From assembly GCA_963735805.1 (NCBI GenBank), contig CAVTMK010000001.1, positions 1 to 64,000 on the forward strand: DNA of 64,000 nucleotides, given 5' to 3'. Positions within the stretch are counted from its first letter, which is position 1. Each line of letters begins with the position of its first letter. This document shows, piece by piece, positions 39,351 to 52,171 of the stretch. A model generated the notes under the pieces. It saw only the letters and a program-made list of their open reading frames with translations, did not search any database and was not told the DNA's origin. This DNA is from an uncultured Verrucomicrobiae bacterium (GTDB lineage Bacteria > Verrucomicrobiota > Verrucomicrobiia > Chthoniobacterales > UBA10450). Position numbers and translations under genes: made by a program.

Positions 39351-42254
39351 ACAGCCGGTCGATACCTATCGCAGGGTCGACATCGAACGGCTCGGCGTGC
39401 GCAGTGCCACTGACTTTGTTCAGAAGTTGCCCGTGGCTACTGGAGCGTCGATCAATGAAAACTTTAACAGCATCGGTGATGGCCGAACAGACATCGACCT
39501 GCGTGGTCTTGCTGCCAAAGAAACTCTTGTGTTGCAGGACGGACGCCGTCTCGCGCCTGATGGTTTTGCCGGCTATTACAACGACGCCAATGCTTTTTTC
39601 GGTGGTACAGTGGACCTCAACCTGTTTCCACTTGGGCTGATTGATCACATCGACATTCTGAAGGACGGCGCCTCGGCCATTTACGGCAGTGACGCGGTCG
39701 GTGGTGTGTTTAACGTTTGGTTGATCCACAGGTTTCGCGGCCTCGAAATTTATGCCAGCTACGGCAACACCAATCTCGGCGCCTCGAACGATCAGGGTGA
39801 AGAGCGAGCATACCTCCTTGCCGGCACCGGTGACGACAAGACGGACATTGTTGTTTACGCTGAGGTGTACAATCGCGCCGCCATCTACAACCGCGACCGG
39901 GACATTTCCTCTAACGCTGACTTTACCCGCTTTGGTGGTTCTGATAATCGGTCGGGCGACTTTGCCGGGCGTGTCGGAGACTTCGTTTACCAGCCGGGCC
40001 TCAACGGCGGTGCGGGGTCACCCACGCGACATGCATTTCCAGATGTAGCCAACGACCCGCAATACGTGCCACTCTCCAGTCTGCCGCGGGCGCAACAGCT
40101 CTTTAACTATAACGCTCTTACACCGGCAATGGCCCCAGTGGACCGTGAATACCTCTACGGCTCGCTCGACCACAAAATTTGCAACGAATATTTGGAGCTC
40201 TTTGCCGACTTTAAGTACGTGCGCGGGTTCTGGGACAGCGCCCTGGCGCCGCCTCCATTTTCTGGCCAGCCGCCGTTATTTTCAGCTACGCCGGACGTAT
40301 TCACGGATGCAATTCACCCCTTTGGAATAAGCGGCATTAATAATGGCATTAGCGTGCCGATTCAAAATCCTTTAATCCATTCACAGTAGCGGATTACACC
40401 TCTCCGGGAGGAGCGGACCCGAAATTTCCAGGGACTCAAGTAAGTGCTGCACCTCCCGGAATTCCGTTCACGACCGGCGTGCGTTACAGTGCGGGATTGC
40501 GTACCAACAAGATTACAACCCATAACTACGAGTTCACCGGCGGCCTCAAAGGTAATTTGGCGGAGTTCGGCGATTACTTTAAGACTTGGAACTGGGAAAG
40601 CGGGTTCCGCTATAACGAAGATCAGCGCATTCAGCGCTTTGGCGGGATCGTGGACAACAATGCGCTGCGCGCAGCGTTACTCGACACAAATCCGGCGACC
40701 GCCTTCAATCCGTTTAGCATTAGCCAGAACTCGCCCGCGGTGATTAATAAAATTTTTGTCACCACCCATCGCTTAGGCACGGCCTCGCTCATGCTCGAAG
40801 ACCTCAAGTTATATGGCAATCTCTGGAGTCTTCCAGCGGGGCCTATCTCCTTTGCGGCCGGTGATGAACACCGGAAAGAGACCGTCAACGATCAGCCTGA
40901 CGCGCTAACAGCTTCCGGTCAGACAACTGGCTCGCCTAACTTACTCTCAACCAAGGGCAGCCGTGATGTCTGGTCCATCTACTGGGAGGTTCGTGTTCCT
41001 GTTACTAGCCCTGCCTGGCACTGCTTTGGTCTCTACAGCCTGGAGTTAGGGTACCAGGAAAGATATGATAACTACAGCGATTTCGGTTCAACAGAAAAGC
41101 CGAAGGTCTTCTTTCGCTGGCAGCCAATCGATTCGTCGCTGACGTTGCGCGGGACTTATAACGAAGCGTTCCACGCTCCGGCCGTTTACGAATTGTATAC
41201 TTCGCAAGCTCAGCGGGCCGTGCTTGTGGATGATCCAGCGACAGTGCTTCCCGGCGATCCGCTTGGGCGAACGCCTGGTACCCCGCTGACTCCGCTGGGC
41301 ACTGGGATTAAAGGACTAATTGGCGGAAATCCGAACCTGCAGCCGGAGACGGCGTATGAATGGACCTACGGCATTGTTTGGACCCCCGCGAAATTTATCA
41401 AGGGACTCACCCTAAGCGCCGACTTTTACCACATCGATCTGCGCAACGTCATCGTCGATCGCGACGCCAACATCATTCTGTTTAATAACTGGGGTGGTAG
41501 CACGGGGACCCTGCCCAACGGCGCTCCGACGGGTGGTCCATTGTCGGAGCTGATTCAGCGCGACCCCATAACCGGAGCGGTCCTCAACGTAAATGCTGCC
41601 CTCCAGAACTTGAGCCGAGTCATTACCGAAGGTCTCGATTACGAGGCTAGCTATCAACTGGATACCTCGATCTTCGGCCGCGGCACCTTCGGAACATTCA
41701 CGTTCACCTTCAATGGCAACTACCTGGCTCGATATGTACTGCAGCCGAGCCCGGCGGCACGCAAAATTAATTTTGACAACCGGTTCATAGGACCAAGACT
41801 TGGCTCGCTCCCGAGAAACCGCTGGTATGCGAGCGTGTTTTACGATCTCGGCGGACTCGATGCCGGCGCGACCGTCCACTGCATTGGGCAGTATTGGGAC
41901 GCTGACTTCGTACGCAAGGTCCGTGAATGGACGACACTGGATCTGATCGTCAACTACACGTTTAATTTGCCTGCTTCTGCGGCGCAAAACGAAGTCGCCG
42001 GATATGCAAGGGATGGCGGCAAGAACACGGAGTTGAAAGACGGCAAGGGAAAGAACGTCATGCCGGTCTTTACAGCGGAGTATAATCCATGTGGCTGGCG
42101 CGCATGGCTCAATAACACCACCGTCACGCTTGGCATGAACAACGTGTTCGACCAGGATCCGCCCTTTGTCAGCGACCTGGAAAACGGCTACGACCAATTC
42201 ACAGCCAATATCAGGGGGCGAACCTGGTATGTGGCATTGACGAAGCGGTTCTAA
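39169..42254 (+). CDS. TonB-dependent receptor 1; frameshift near 40371
   Basis: EVIVTGSNI, LRGL, ILKDGASAIYGSDAVGGV, GNPNLQPE, C-terminal Phe. NPLIHSQ* should read NPFNPFTVAD, as in receptor 2. Confidence 0.9.
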
Positions 42255-42278
42255 AGCTCGTGCGTCTCGAGACAGAGT

Positions 42279-42693
42279 GGAATTACCGATGCTGTTTCCA
42301 GCTCCAGATCAGCTCGCTCCTGAACCCAGTGGTGCCCGATAAATTCGTTATGCTGTAGCGGCGGCCTGGACTGTCATTCGAATCGCAATCAACAGGATGA
42401 TGCTTTCCTTCGACCCCGCGCCGGGCAGAAGGCGAGGATGGGTCCAAATGAACCTTGTTGTTTGTCGGGAACTTTGCTAAGACGACGCAAGTCTAACGAA
42501 AGAGGCTTGTCATCAAGCGACCATTCATCCGCAGTGCCGAATGGGGCATATTCGGAGCTCCTTTGCTTCTGGCCTCGATCTCATTTGGCCAGGAGACTGT
42601 GTCCACATCTCGGGACGCTGACCAACGTGTCGCCATAGTAGCGGAGGTGATCGTGACTGGCTCAAACATTCCGACGGCGGAAGAAGTCGGCCC
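42279..42693 (+). repeat. ~415-bp direct repeat, copy 2
   Basis: Contains a stranded copy of the kinase C-terminus (LFPAPDQLAPEPSGAR*). Confidence 0.9.
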
Positions 42694-45600
42694 GAACCCA
42701 GTGGATACGTATCGTCCGGCGGACATCGAAAAACTGGGCATTCGCAACGCGACGGACCTGACAACTTTTCTGCCGCAGGAGGCGGGCGGCACCGTGAACC
42801 TGAACATCGCCAATGGCGGTGACGGTACTGTCCAATTCAACCTGCGCGGCTTGTTGGCCAAAGAAACCCTCGTGCTTGTTGACGGAAAACGTGTCGCCTT
42901 TGGTTCATTGAACGGCGTCGGGTTCGGCAGCGGTGCGGACATTAACCTGATTCCGTTTCCAATGATTGATCACGTCGACATCTTGAAGGATGGCGCGTCG
43001 GCAGTGTATGGCTCCGACGCGGTCGCGGGCGTGGTTAACTTCTTTTTGGTCCACAAGTTCCGTGGGCTGGAGATCGGGGGGAGTTACGGGAATACAGACC
43101 TCGGAGCGTCCAATGACATGGGCGAATGGGAGGCATGGTTGAAAGCCGGCACCGGAGATGACAAGACAGATATTGTTGTTATCGCCGATTTCTGGGAGCG
43201 TACCGGCGGGGTTTTCAGTCGCTGACCGGGACATTTCCAGTAACGCGCTTTCAAATACCCTGGGGAGGATTCGACAATCGCAGCGGGGGCTTTCCTGGCC
43301 ACATTGGAGGCTTTTTCCCAGGCTTGCGGTTAATCCCGAGCCATATTTTTCGGCCCGGGCGGTACGCCGGTACCCGGCGTGAACACGCCGCTTCCGCACT
43401 CCGCACCAAACGCGGCGACTTCGCCATTTTATAAGACAGCCTACTTTCCTTTTTTGGGTATTCCACCGGGAACGCCGGGTCTCATTAATCCCAATGCGTA
43501 TCCGGGCGCTCCTGGTATCATCGGGCACCATGCAATGCAATTTGTCCCACAAGCCGGTACCGATTATAAGGGGGGCGGCGACTACTTCTTCTTTAACTTT
43601 GCCGCTTTCACGCCGGCGCTTCCGACAGCGGACCGTCAGAGCTTCTACGGTTCGTTCATGCGCGACGTGTGCGACAAATACCTGACGGTGTTTGCCGACT
43701 TTAAATATGTCCGCTCATTTTTCGATGCGTCTCTTGCCGCAGTGTCGATCATTCCCGATCCATTCGGCGTTACTCCAATTCAGAGGGGTGGCAGTGTGCC
43801 AATCCAGAATCCGTTTAACCCGTTCACCGTCGCTGATGCGACTATTCCGGGTTTTTTTCCCGACGGAGGCGGTCTGCCCGTAACTACTGGGGTTCAGTTT
43901 CGCGGCATCAACGACACCGGTCCCAGACATGAAAAGTTCACCTACTGGGATTCGCTGTTCGATGTCGGGCTACGAGGCGAGATGGGGGAATTTGGCGATT
44001 ATTTCAAGACTTGGAACTGGGAAGCTGGGTTTTCGTTATTCCCGGAATGAAGGACAGAACTTGTCTGTCGGTGAAATGAGCCAGCCTGGGTTGCGGGAAG
44101 CACTCTTGGACACGGACCCGGCCACGGCGTTTGATCCGTTCCTGAATCTGACTGCCCACAACACGAAGGCAGCCAGAAGCCGAGTTTACGTCACCCTTCA
44201 TAACTCAGGCGAATATGAGTTGCCTATGGGTTATGCCACTGTTAACGGCGACCTGTTCAACCTTCCCGCCGGGCCTGTCTCCTTTGCTCTGGGCGGTGAG
44301 TATGATGCGCCGAGGTGGACGCGCGATCGTGACGCGCTTAACACAACGTTTCAAAGCATTGGCTCGACGAATGGAGAAAGCGCACGGGTGAACCGCGACG
44401 TTTGGTCAATCTATCAGGAAGTGCGGGTACCTTTCACCAGCCCCACCTGGTACTTCCCAGGATTCTACAGTTTCGAAGTTGACTTTGCCGAACGCGAGGA
44501 ATGGTACAGCCAGAACACCTCTGCAGTCCTAGCGTCGGGAGATTTCCCATTTCAGCCGGCGACGCACAGCCAGTATAATGCTCAGAAGCCAAAAGTTTCA
44601 GTTCGCTGGCAGTCGCTTGATCCAAAATATATCGGCGCCCTTACCTTGCGTGGCAGCTACACCGAAGCGTTTCATGCTCCGTCCCTATCGGAGATTTCAC
44701 CCGCTTCCACAGAGGGGTTCGACGTAGGACCCGTTTTCGACCCATTAACAAACCAGTCCTATTTGTTCGGGAATCGAATTATAGGAAACCCCAACCTAAA
44801 GCCGGAGGTGGCCTACGAATGGTCTTACGGGGCCGTTTACAGCCCGAAATGGATCAAGGGCCTGACGCTCAGCGCGGATTGGTGGCATATTGATATGCGA
44901 TCGATCGCATCGCTCCTCGGCTCGCAATTCACTGTTGACCTTAATAATCCCGATCTAGTTATCCGTGGTCCTCCTACGATTCCTGGTAGACCGGGACCAA
45001 TCATTTTGGTCATTGATCCCAACGAAAACCTCACTGGCGCGATTTTTGAAGGTCTCGACTACGAAGCAATCTATATTCTGGACTCTTCGATCTTTGGCCA
45101 GGGGGATTTCGGCAGACTAACGGCAACGCTCAACGGCACGTGGCTGTCCCGGGCCGAGCTTCAGATTTTGCCTGATACAAAACGGTTCGGTATCGCGGGC
45201 GAGTTTATTCCGCCGGGGTTTACCCTGACCAGCTCGCTGCCATGGAACCGCGCCAATTTCAGTCTGTTCTACGACGGTCCAGTCGACACCTGGCTGGCTG
45301 GTTCGGATATCGGTGCGGTAGTCCACTACACGGGCCAATACGAAGATGACAATGTCAGTCTGACAGGATCGCCGAAACCACAAATGCCAAGAAGTGGGCC
45401 TTCGCCTTGGCGAGCGCGGAAGGTGTCCGCATGGACTACGCTCGATCTTATTACATCGTATACGTTCAACCTACCGCCACCTGCGTCCGGCCCCGGTGCC
45501 GGGCCTTGCCAAGGATGGAGGCAAAGAATGTGAAGATGAAGGACGGCAAGGAGAAAAATGTCATACCTGTATCCACTGCTGAGTACAATCCCTGTGGATG

Positions 45601-45760
45601 GCGCGCATGGTTGAATAACATGACACTTACTCTTGGGATGCAGAACGTGTTAGACACAGATCCGCCGTTTGTGGCCGGCAGCTTCGAGAACGGCTACGAT
45701 GAATCGCTTGCCACGATCAAAGGCCGGTTCTGGTACGTCCAGCTAAAGAAAAGATTCTAA
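42512..45760 (+). CDS. TonB-dependent receptor 2, several frameshifts (pseudogene or assembly errors)
   Basis: ORFs 42563-43225, 43379-44050, 43929-45533 and 45407-45760 are consecutive pieces of one receptor ending YVQLKKRF. Confidence 0.85.
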
Positions 45761-45974
45761 GCAGTTCTGACTTAAGTCAGCGCGTCAGCGTCAGACCTCC
45801 GAATCCTCGGTACATGTGATTCAAAGTCAGGTTAAATTTCAGAGAGCAAATTTTCCGGTGGTACGAATTCAGCTACCGAAAATCTGACTGTGAATCACCT
45901 GCGTTTGCAGACGCTCGAACAGCACACCTGAGGAAATTCCTGAAAGAGTCCTTGGGCTAAATCCGCTCCAGAAC

Positions 45975-47120
45975 CTACAGCATCAGCGCGACGAGCCGGC
46001 TGCGGCTGGGGACTTCGAGCTTGCGAAAGACCGCATGGAGATGCTTTTTCACCATCGGCAAACTCAAACACGCGTCGCAGGCGATCTCTTTGTTGCTTCG
46101 TCCCTCGCAAGCCAGCTGTGCAACTTCCCGCTCCCGCCTTGTCAGCCGGACACAAGCTCGCAAATGGGATTTTACCAAGCGTGCAGAGTGATCTCCGTTC
46201 CGCCATAAGTCTTCGCATTTAATAATGAAATGCGGTGGCGCCATGCATGCGGACTTAAGCTCTTTCAGATGAATCGTTGCCCGCAAATGAGGCAGTCGCG
46301 GATGATGCACATCTTCTTCTTTCAATTCTCGTTGGAGCCCCGAACGCGGTTGGAATTGCGCACTCGTCCATCGTTCCTTGAGAACATGGCATCGATCCAA
46401 AATTTCAGAAGGAATGGGCGATGTCGCTTTTGTCCGTTTCGCTTCTTCCGGTCCCTTTTCCCACAGCGCGCAGAACTCACGCGCGGCCGGGTTCTGATAA
46501 ATCGGTCTCAAGTTCCACCGCAAAATGATTGTCGGCATTGGCAATCGGCTCAGAAATTCTTCAAAGTCCATCCGCACCGAGTGTTCACGCTCGAGCGGTC
46601 CGAGCCGGCGGAGGGCCGTCTGAAACTGCGGATAAAGCTGCCGGAGTAATTTCATTTCCGCCGGAGAAAAATCGCCTTGCCTCTCCGTGCGCATGATTGC
46701 GATCCCGCAAATGAGTCTCCGGCGTTTCCAAAAGAAGAGAATGGCGCCGTGAGCGCATTTGTGCGTCGCGAGATAGTGGCGATAAAGGAACGACCTGACG
46801 AAGCAACGATGGTTGCCGAAAAGGTCGCTCAGACGCACCAACTTCTTGCGTGCCGGCTCGGCGGCGTAACTCTTGAGAGGTTCTACCGCGAAGAACCCGC
46901 GAGACACTGGTCGCGTCCATCTTGCGACAATGGGCAAAACCGGACTTGATTGAAGCGTCAGGCCAATCACGCGATTCGATATTGCCGTGGCCAGCAACTG
47001 CTGAGTGGCTCTCCAAAATGAGTTCACATCCATGGTCCGGTGCAACTTGAGCAGAGGCTTTTCCAATGCCGGATCTACTACCGGCTCATCCTTGCTGACA
47101 GCAGTGCGTTCTCCCTTCAC
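45975..47120 (-). CDS. LuxR-type helix-turn-helix transcriptional regulator with an N-terminal sensory region
   Basis: LTRREREVAQLACEGRSNKEIA...VKKHLHAVFRKLEVPSR. Confidence 0.9.
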   Translation of the reverse strand: MKGERTAVSKDEPVVDPALEKPLLKLHRTMDVNSFWRATQQLLATAISNRVIGLTLQSSPVLPIVARWTRPVSRGFFAVEPLKSYAAEPARKKLVRLSDLFGNHRCFVRSFLYRHYLATHKCAHGAILFFWKRRRLICGIAIMRTERQGDFSPAEMKLLRQLYPQFQTALRRLGPLEREHSVRMDFEEFLSRLPMPTIILRWNLRPIYQNPAAREFCALWEKGPEEAKRTKATSPIPSEILDRCHVLKERWTSAQFQPRSGLQRELKEEDVHHPRLPHLRATIHLKELKSACMAPPHFIIKCEDLWRNGDHSARLVKSHLRACVRLTRREREVAQLACEGRSNKEIACDACLSLPMVKKHLHAVFRKLEVPSRSRLVALML

Positions 47121-47326
47121 GTGTTGCTCTCGCGTGCGCGCGCATCCGAAAATCGTTGTTTCTCAACTCGTGCGCGTCTCTTAAAAAGACCACGCTCGTA
47201 CCGGCAGCGTTCAACAATCGCCCTGATAAAAAGGCAACCTAAGTTACCTCGCGATTATCAAGCGATGCGCGACTGTCCACTTTACAAAAAGAAAGGAAAA
47301 CAAAAAACAGAAAGGGAACTAGGGAA

Positions 47327-47617
47327 ATGAAACTACAAATCAACGTGCCGGTAAGCGGCCTGGACTTGGCAGGCTTGCTTCAGGGTGAAGAAGGATTGTT
47401 CCTCTGCCAAAACAGAGGGCAAGACTACATCGCTGTGGCAAAGGCTGGTCACTCGATCGCTTACGGGCCGACACCAATCGGGCGCGTCATCATAGAACAG
47501 CCGTCAAGCAGCCTGGGACCGGAGCCTTGGTTCGTCACCAAAATTAGCAACTCGACTGAGTTTGCCGAATTCCGTGGGACAACCGGAGTGCTGGGCGGCA
47601 GCAGAGAGACGCGCTAA
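47327..47617 (+). CDS. Hypothetical protein
   Basis: 96-aa ORF with an A-rich leader, followed by a terminator. Confidence 0.6.
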   Translation: MKLQINVPVSGLDLAGLLQGEEGLFLCQNRGQDYIAVAKAGHSIAYGPTPIGRVIIEQPSSSLGPEPWFVTKISNSTEFAEFRGTTGVLGGSRETR

Positions 47618-47646
47618 AGCAAAAAAAGCAAAGGCTCGGAAAACTC

Positions 47647-47679
47647 AAAAGCCTCGGTGGGAAGCCCACCGAGGCTTTT
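47647..47679. terminator. Bidirectional rho-independent terminator
   Basis: AAAAGCCTCGGTGGG-AAG-CCCACCGAGGCTTTT between convergent genes. Confidence 0.9.
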
Positions 47680-47722
47680 GTTTTTCTCCCCAGCGCGCGA
47701 GCGCGTCCTACAAAACGTTAAA

Positions 47723-50700
47723 TCACGCCTGTTTCCAATCGTTGCCCTCTCCATCCGACGCGAGCGCCGGTGCCATTTCCGGCGTACGCTCCTCTTCTTC
47801 GGGTACGCCTTCCCAGCCTACGTCCATCAGAGATTTCTCGTGATGCTCTTTTGCGATGAGCATGTAAAGCGACGGCACAATGAACAGAGTGAAGATCGTT
47901 CCGATCGTCATTCCGCCAACAAGCACAAGACCGATCGAGTTTCGCGCTGCCGCGCCGGCGCCGGTCACGAGCGTGAGTGGAAAGTGACCTGCGACTGTCG
48001 CCACGCTCGTCATCATGATGGGACGCAGACGAATGCGCGCGGCTTGCGCGACCGCCGCCAGCTTTGTCAAACCTTGCCGTTGCAGTTCGTTCGCGAACTG
48101 GACAATGAGAATGCCGTTCTTGGAAACGAGACCAACCAAGGTAACCAGACCGACCTGAGAATAGATGTTGAATGAGGTCGTCCAATTATCTGTGAAAAAC
48201 TTGCCGAAAGGCATCTTCAAAAACATGAATATTGCCGCACCGAACAGTGCCAGCGGTACCGAGCCCAGCAGAATGATCAACGGATCACGGAAGCTGTTGA
48301 ACTGTGCAGCGAGGACAAGGAAAATGAGCAGAACCGCCAGCAAGAAAACTCCGAGGAAGCTATTCCCTTCCAGTCGCAGTTGGCGAGAACCCCCGGTGTA
48401 ATCAACCACATACCCTGCAGGGAGGATCTGGCGCGCTTCGTTTTCCAGAAACTTGAGCGTTGCATCGACCGAACCTGTCGGAACGCCGCTGATTGTAACG
48501 GCGTTAAGTTGCTGCATGCGATTAAGCGAACGCGCGACCGTTTTGTGTTCGATCTGGGCAATAGTGCTTAGCGGTATTAGCTGGCTGTTCGGCCCGGTGA
48601 CGTAAATGTCGTTAAGCTGCTCCGGATTCAGCCGATCAACCCGTTTGATTTGCGGAATAACCTTATAGCTGAGGCCATCCATATTGAACCAGTTGACGTA
48701 ATTCCCACCGATGCTGGCGGAGAGATCGGCACCGATCTGCTGCATGTTCAGCCCCATCGCCGAAATTTTGTCATGATCGAGAACGATCTGCGCCTGGGGT
48801 TGGTCGATCTTGGTGTCGATGTCGCCGAACTGGAACATGTGCGCCTTCATTGCCTTTTGGAAAATCTCCTTGGCAAATTCCAGAATGCGCTCCTGATCAG
48901 CGGTGGAAGCGATGATGAAACTAACCGGAAAGTTGTCCGAACCCGGCAACGCTTCGGGCATAATCGGGAACATTTGAATCGCCGGGATACCCGCCAGCTT
49001 TTGCTGAACGATTGGCAGATAATTTTTCGTCGGGACCTTTCGCGTGCCCCACGGTTTTAGCACCATGCCGCCAAAGCCGCTGCTGGGTGAAGTAATTTGA
49101 AATGTGAATCGAGTATCCGGAATATCGTGGAAAATCTTCCCAGCGGCGTCTGCATAACGAATCGTGTCGTCGATTGTCGCGTTAGCCGGCGCGGTGATAA
49201 TGCCAAAGATAACCCCTTGATCTTCTTTGGGAGCCAGCTCCTTCGTCGCCACTTTGGGTATCGCAACGAACATCAGCAAGGCGAGAACTGAAATTCCTCC
49301 CCAGACGATGTAAACAGCCGGCCGGGCGTTTAACGTACTGTCTAAATGTTTCCCATACCACTCGCGCACCCGATCGAAAGTGACGATCAACCCAGCCTTT
49401 GAACCCGGTTTCCACATGATGAGGCGGCAGCAGGTACGCCGACATCATCGGCGATAAAACCAGCGCGACGACACCGGAGATAAAAACCGCTCCGGCAAGC
49501 GTCATTGCAAATTCGCGGAACAGTGCGCCCGTCAGGCCACCTTGCAATGCGATGGGCGTGTACACGGCTGCCAAGGTGATGGTCATCGCGATGATCGGAC
49601 CGATCAGCTCGCGCGCGCCAACGAGTGCCGCGTTCATGCGCGACATTCCGTCCGCAATGTGGCGTTCAATATTTTCAACCACAACGATCGCGTCATCGAC
49701 CACCAATCCGACTGAGAGAACAATCGCGAGCAGAGTGAGCAGGTTTAGTGTGAAACCGAACACCTGCATGAGAAACAACGCGCCGATGAGCGAAATGGGG
49801 ATCGCAACCACCGGCACAATGACGGACCGGAACGACCCGAGGAACAAAAAGATTACGATCATCACGATGACCAAGGTGTCGATCAGCGTTTTTACGACTT
49901 CGTGAATGGCGTCGTTGATGTAGGCCGTAGCGTCGTAGGCCATTTCCGCCGTCATTCCAGTCGGCAGCTCCTTCTTGATTTGATCGAGCTCGACCCGAAC
50001 GCGTTTGATTACATCCAACGAGTTCGCATTCGGCAGCACCCAAATACCCATGAACACGGCTTTCTGTCCGGAGAAACGCACTTCCGTGTCGTAGTCTTCT
50101 GCGCCGAGAACGACGTCGGCGATATCGCCCAGCCGAATCAACGTGTTTTTATCCTGTCGGACGACGAGTTTCTTAAACTCATCGGCCGTGTGCAGATCGG
50201 TATTTGCCGTCAGGTTGACCTGAAGGAGCGAGCCTTTGGTATTTCCAACCGCTGCCAGGAAGTTGTTCTTCGCCAGGATGTCCCGGACTTGCGACGGACT
50301 GATGTTTAGCGCAGCCATCCGGTCAGGTTTCATCCAGATCCGCATTGCAAACGTTCGGCCGCCAAGAATGTCTGCCTTTTGCACACCCGCTATCGCGGTC
50401 AGGCGTGGTTGCACGAGCCGGACCAGATAATCGGTGACCTCGTTAGGCTGCAAAATATTGGAGGTAAAGCTGAGATAAGCCGAAGCGAATTGGGAATCAG
50501 CCGCTTGAATCGCGATCACCGGAATTTGCGATTCCGGCGGCAGATTGTTACGAATCGCGTCAACTCGCGCGCTGATATCCGACAGCGCCTTGTTCGCGTC
50601 ATAGTTCAATTTCAGGCGGGCGGTGACAAGAGATTGCCCCTGCGTGCTCTGAGATTGGATGTAATCGATGCCGTCCGCAGCCGCCATCGCGCGCTCGATC

Positions 50701-50897
50701 GGAGTGGTGATAAATCCTCGAACGAGCTCAGCGTCGGCACCAACGTAAATCGTGGTCACTGTGATCGCAGCGATGTCGCTGCGTGGATATTGCCGCACAT
50801 TCAGGTTCTTCATCGCCTGCAAGCCGGCAATGAGAATGACGAAGCTCACCACTATCGCCAGCACTGGCCGTTTGATGAATAGATCGGTAAACTTCAT
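47723..50897 (-). CDS. RND efflux transporter permease (AcrB/MexW-like); frameshift near 49385
   Basis: FIKRPV, GLVVDDAIVVVENI, KNGILIV, RLRPIMMT; two ORFs overlap in different frames. Confidence 0.93.
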
Positions 50898-50983
50898 TTC
50901 CTAATCCCTCTGCGCTCTTCCTGTATCATTGCGCTGAGTTTCATTCGGTTTGGAACTTCGACATACACAGTGCGAACCTGCCG

Positions 50984-52171
50984 TCACGAATCCTGCGGCT
51001 TGGGATTCAGCTGCGGCTTCGGGGCCAAATCGTTATTGATCACCACTGGCATTCCGTTGCGAAGCTTGAACACTCCAGTGCTGACGACCGTTTCCCCTGG
51101 CTTCAATCCTTCCGTCACGGCAACGAAATCTCCGCGCGCTTCACCGATTCGCACGAAAGCCTGCCGTAACGACTGCGACTCTTTGCCAGTCTTTGGATCT
51201 TTCTTATTCTCGATCACGAAAACAGAATTACCATACGGAGCGTAGGAAACAGCGCTGCCCGGAATTACAAGTGTTTTGCTTTTCTGCGGCAAAACGACGT
51301 CCACTTTGACGAACATCCCCGGATGTAACGCATGATCCGGATTTTCCAGAGTCGCCTGAACGCTGACATTACGGGTCACCGCATCAACCATGGAATTGAT
51401 GGCGGTCACGTTGCCTTTAAACTCGCGGCCGGGTAGCGCGTCGGCATGAACATCTGTTTCGTATCCGGTGGCGAGCAGTGGAAGGTTTTGCTGTGGCAAT
51501 GCAAAATCGACATAGACTGGGTCGAGCGCGGTCAGCTGTACCACTTGTTGGCCCGAGTTGATCATTTGCCCGACGTTCACCTGGCGAATCCCGAGTTGCC
51601 CATCAAACGGCGCGATAATCGTCTTCTTGCGAATATTAGAGTTCATCTGATCGACGACCGCGTTCAGCCTGTTGAATTTCGATTCGGCGGCGTCGAGTTC
51701 AGCCTTCGAGACCACCTTGTTCGAAGCAAGGTCGCGAGTTCGCTCCAAGTCCTGGCGTGCCAGCTCAGCTTCAGCTTCCGACGATCGCAAAAGTGCTTCT
51801 TCAGCCGACGTATCCAGTTGAACCAACAAGTCCCCTTTTTTGGCGGTGCCTCCGTTTTCAAACGCGATTTTGCCGACGACTCCGCCCAGCTCGGTGGAAA
51901 CTACCGCGCCCTGAACAGCTGAAACCGATCCGATAGCTGACAGCGTCGGCGACCAATCCTCTTCCGTCGCGACTGCACTCGACACGGTGGTCGGCGGCAT
52001 CACCATCGGCGTGCTCATCATCTTGCCGATTTGCAGAACTTTTATCCCGAAAACAAAGGCTCCAATCGCAATGAGCAGACATATCGCAAGGACAACACTC
52101 CGCCAGCGACGCCGCGGCCTTGCGGTCGAGCGTACTGGAACGGTTGAAACAGTCTTTGCCACATCATGCAT
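50984..52171 (-). CDS. RND efflux periplasmic adaptor (membrane fusion protein)
   Basis: GDLLVQLD, IIAPFDG, LHPGMFV, GLKPGETVV. Confidence 0.93.
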   Translation of the reverse strand: MHDVAKTVSTVPVRSTARPRRRWRSVVLAICLLIAIGAFVFGIKVLQIGKMMSTPMVMPPTTVSSAVATEEDWSPTLSAIGSVSAVQGAVVSTELGGVVGKIAFENGGTAKKGDLLVQLDTSAEEALLRSSEAEAELARQDLERTRDLASNKVVSKAELDAAESKFNRLNAVVDQMNSNIRKKTIIAPFDGQLGIRQVNVGQMINSGQQVVQLTALDPVYVDFALPQQNLPLLATGYETDVHADALPGREFKGNVTAINSMVDAVTRNVSVQATLENPDHALHPGMFVKVDVVLPQKSKTLVIPGSAVSYAPYGNSVFVIENKKDPKTGKESQSLRQAFVRIGEARGDFVAVTEGLKPGETVVSTGVFKLRNGMPVVINNDLAPKPQLNPKPQDS

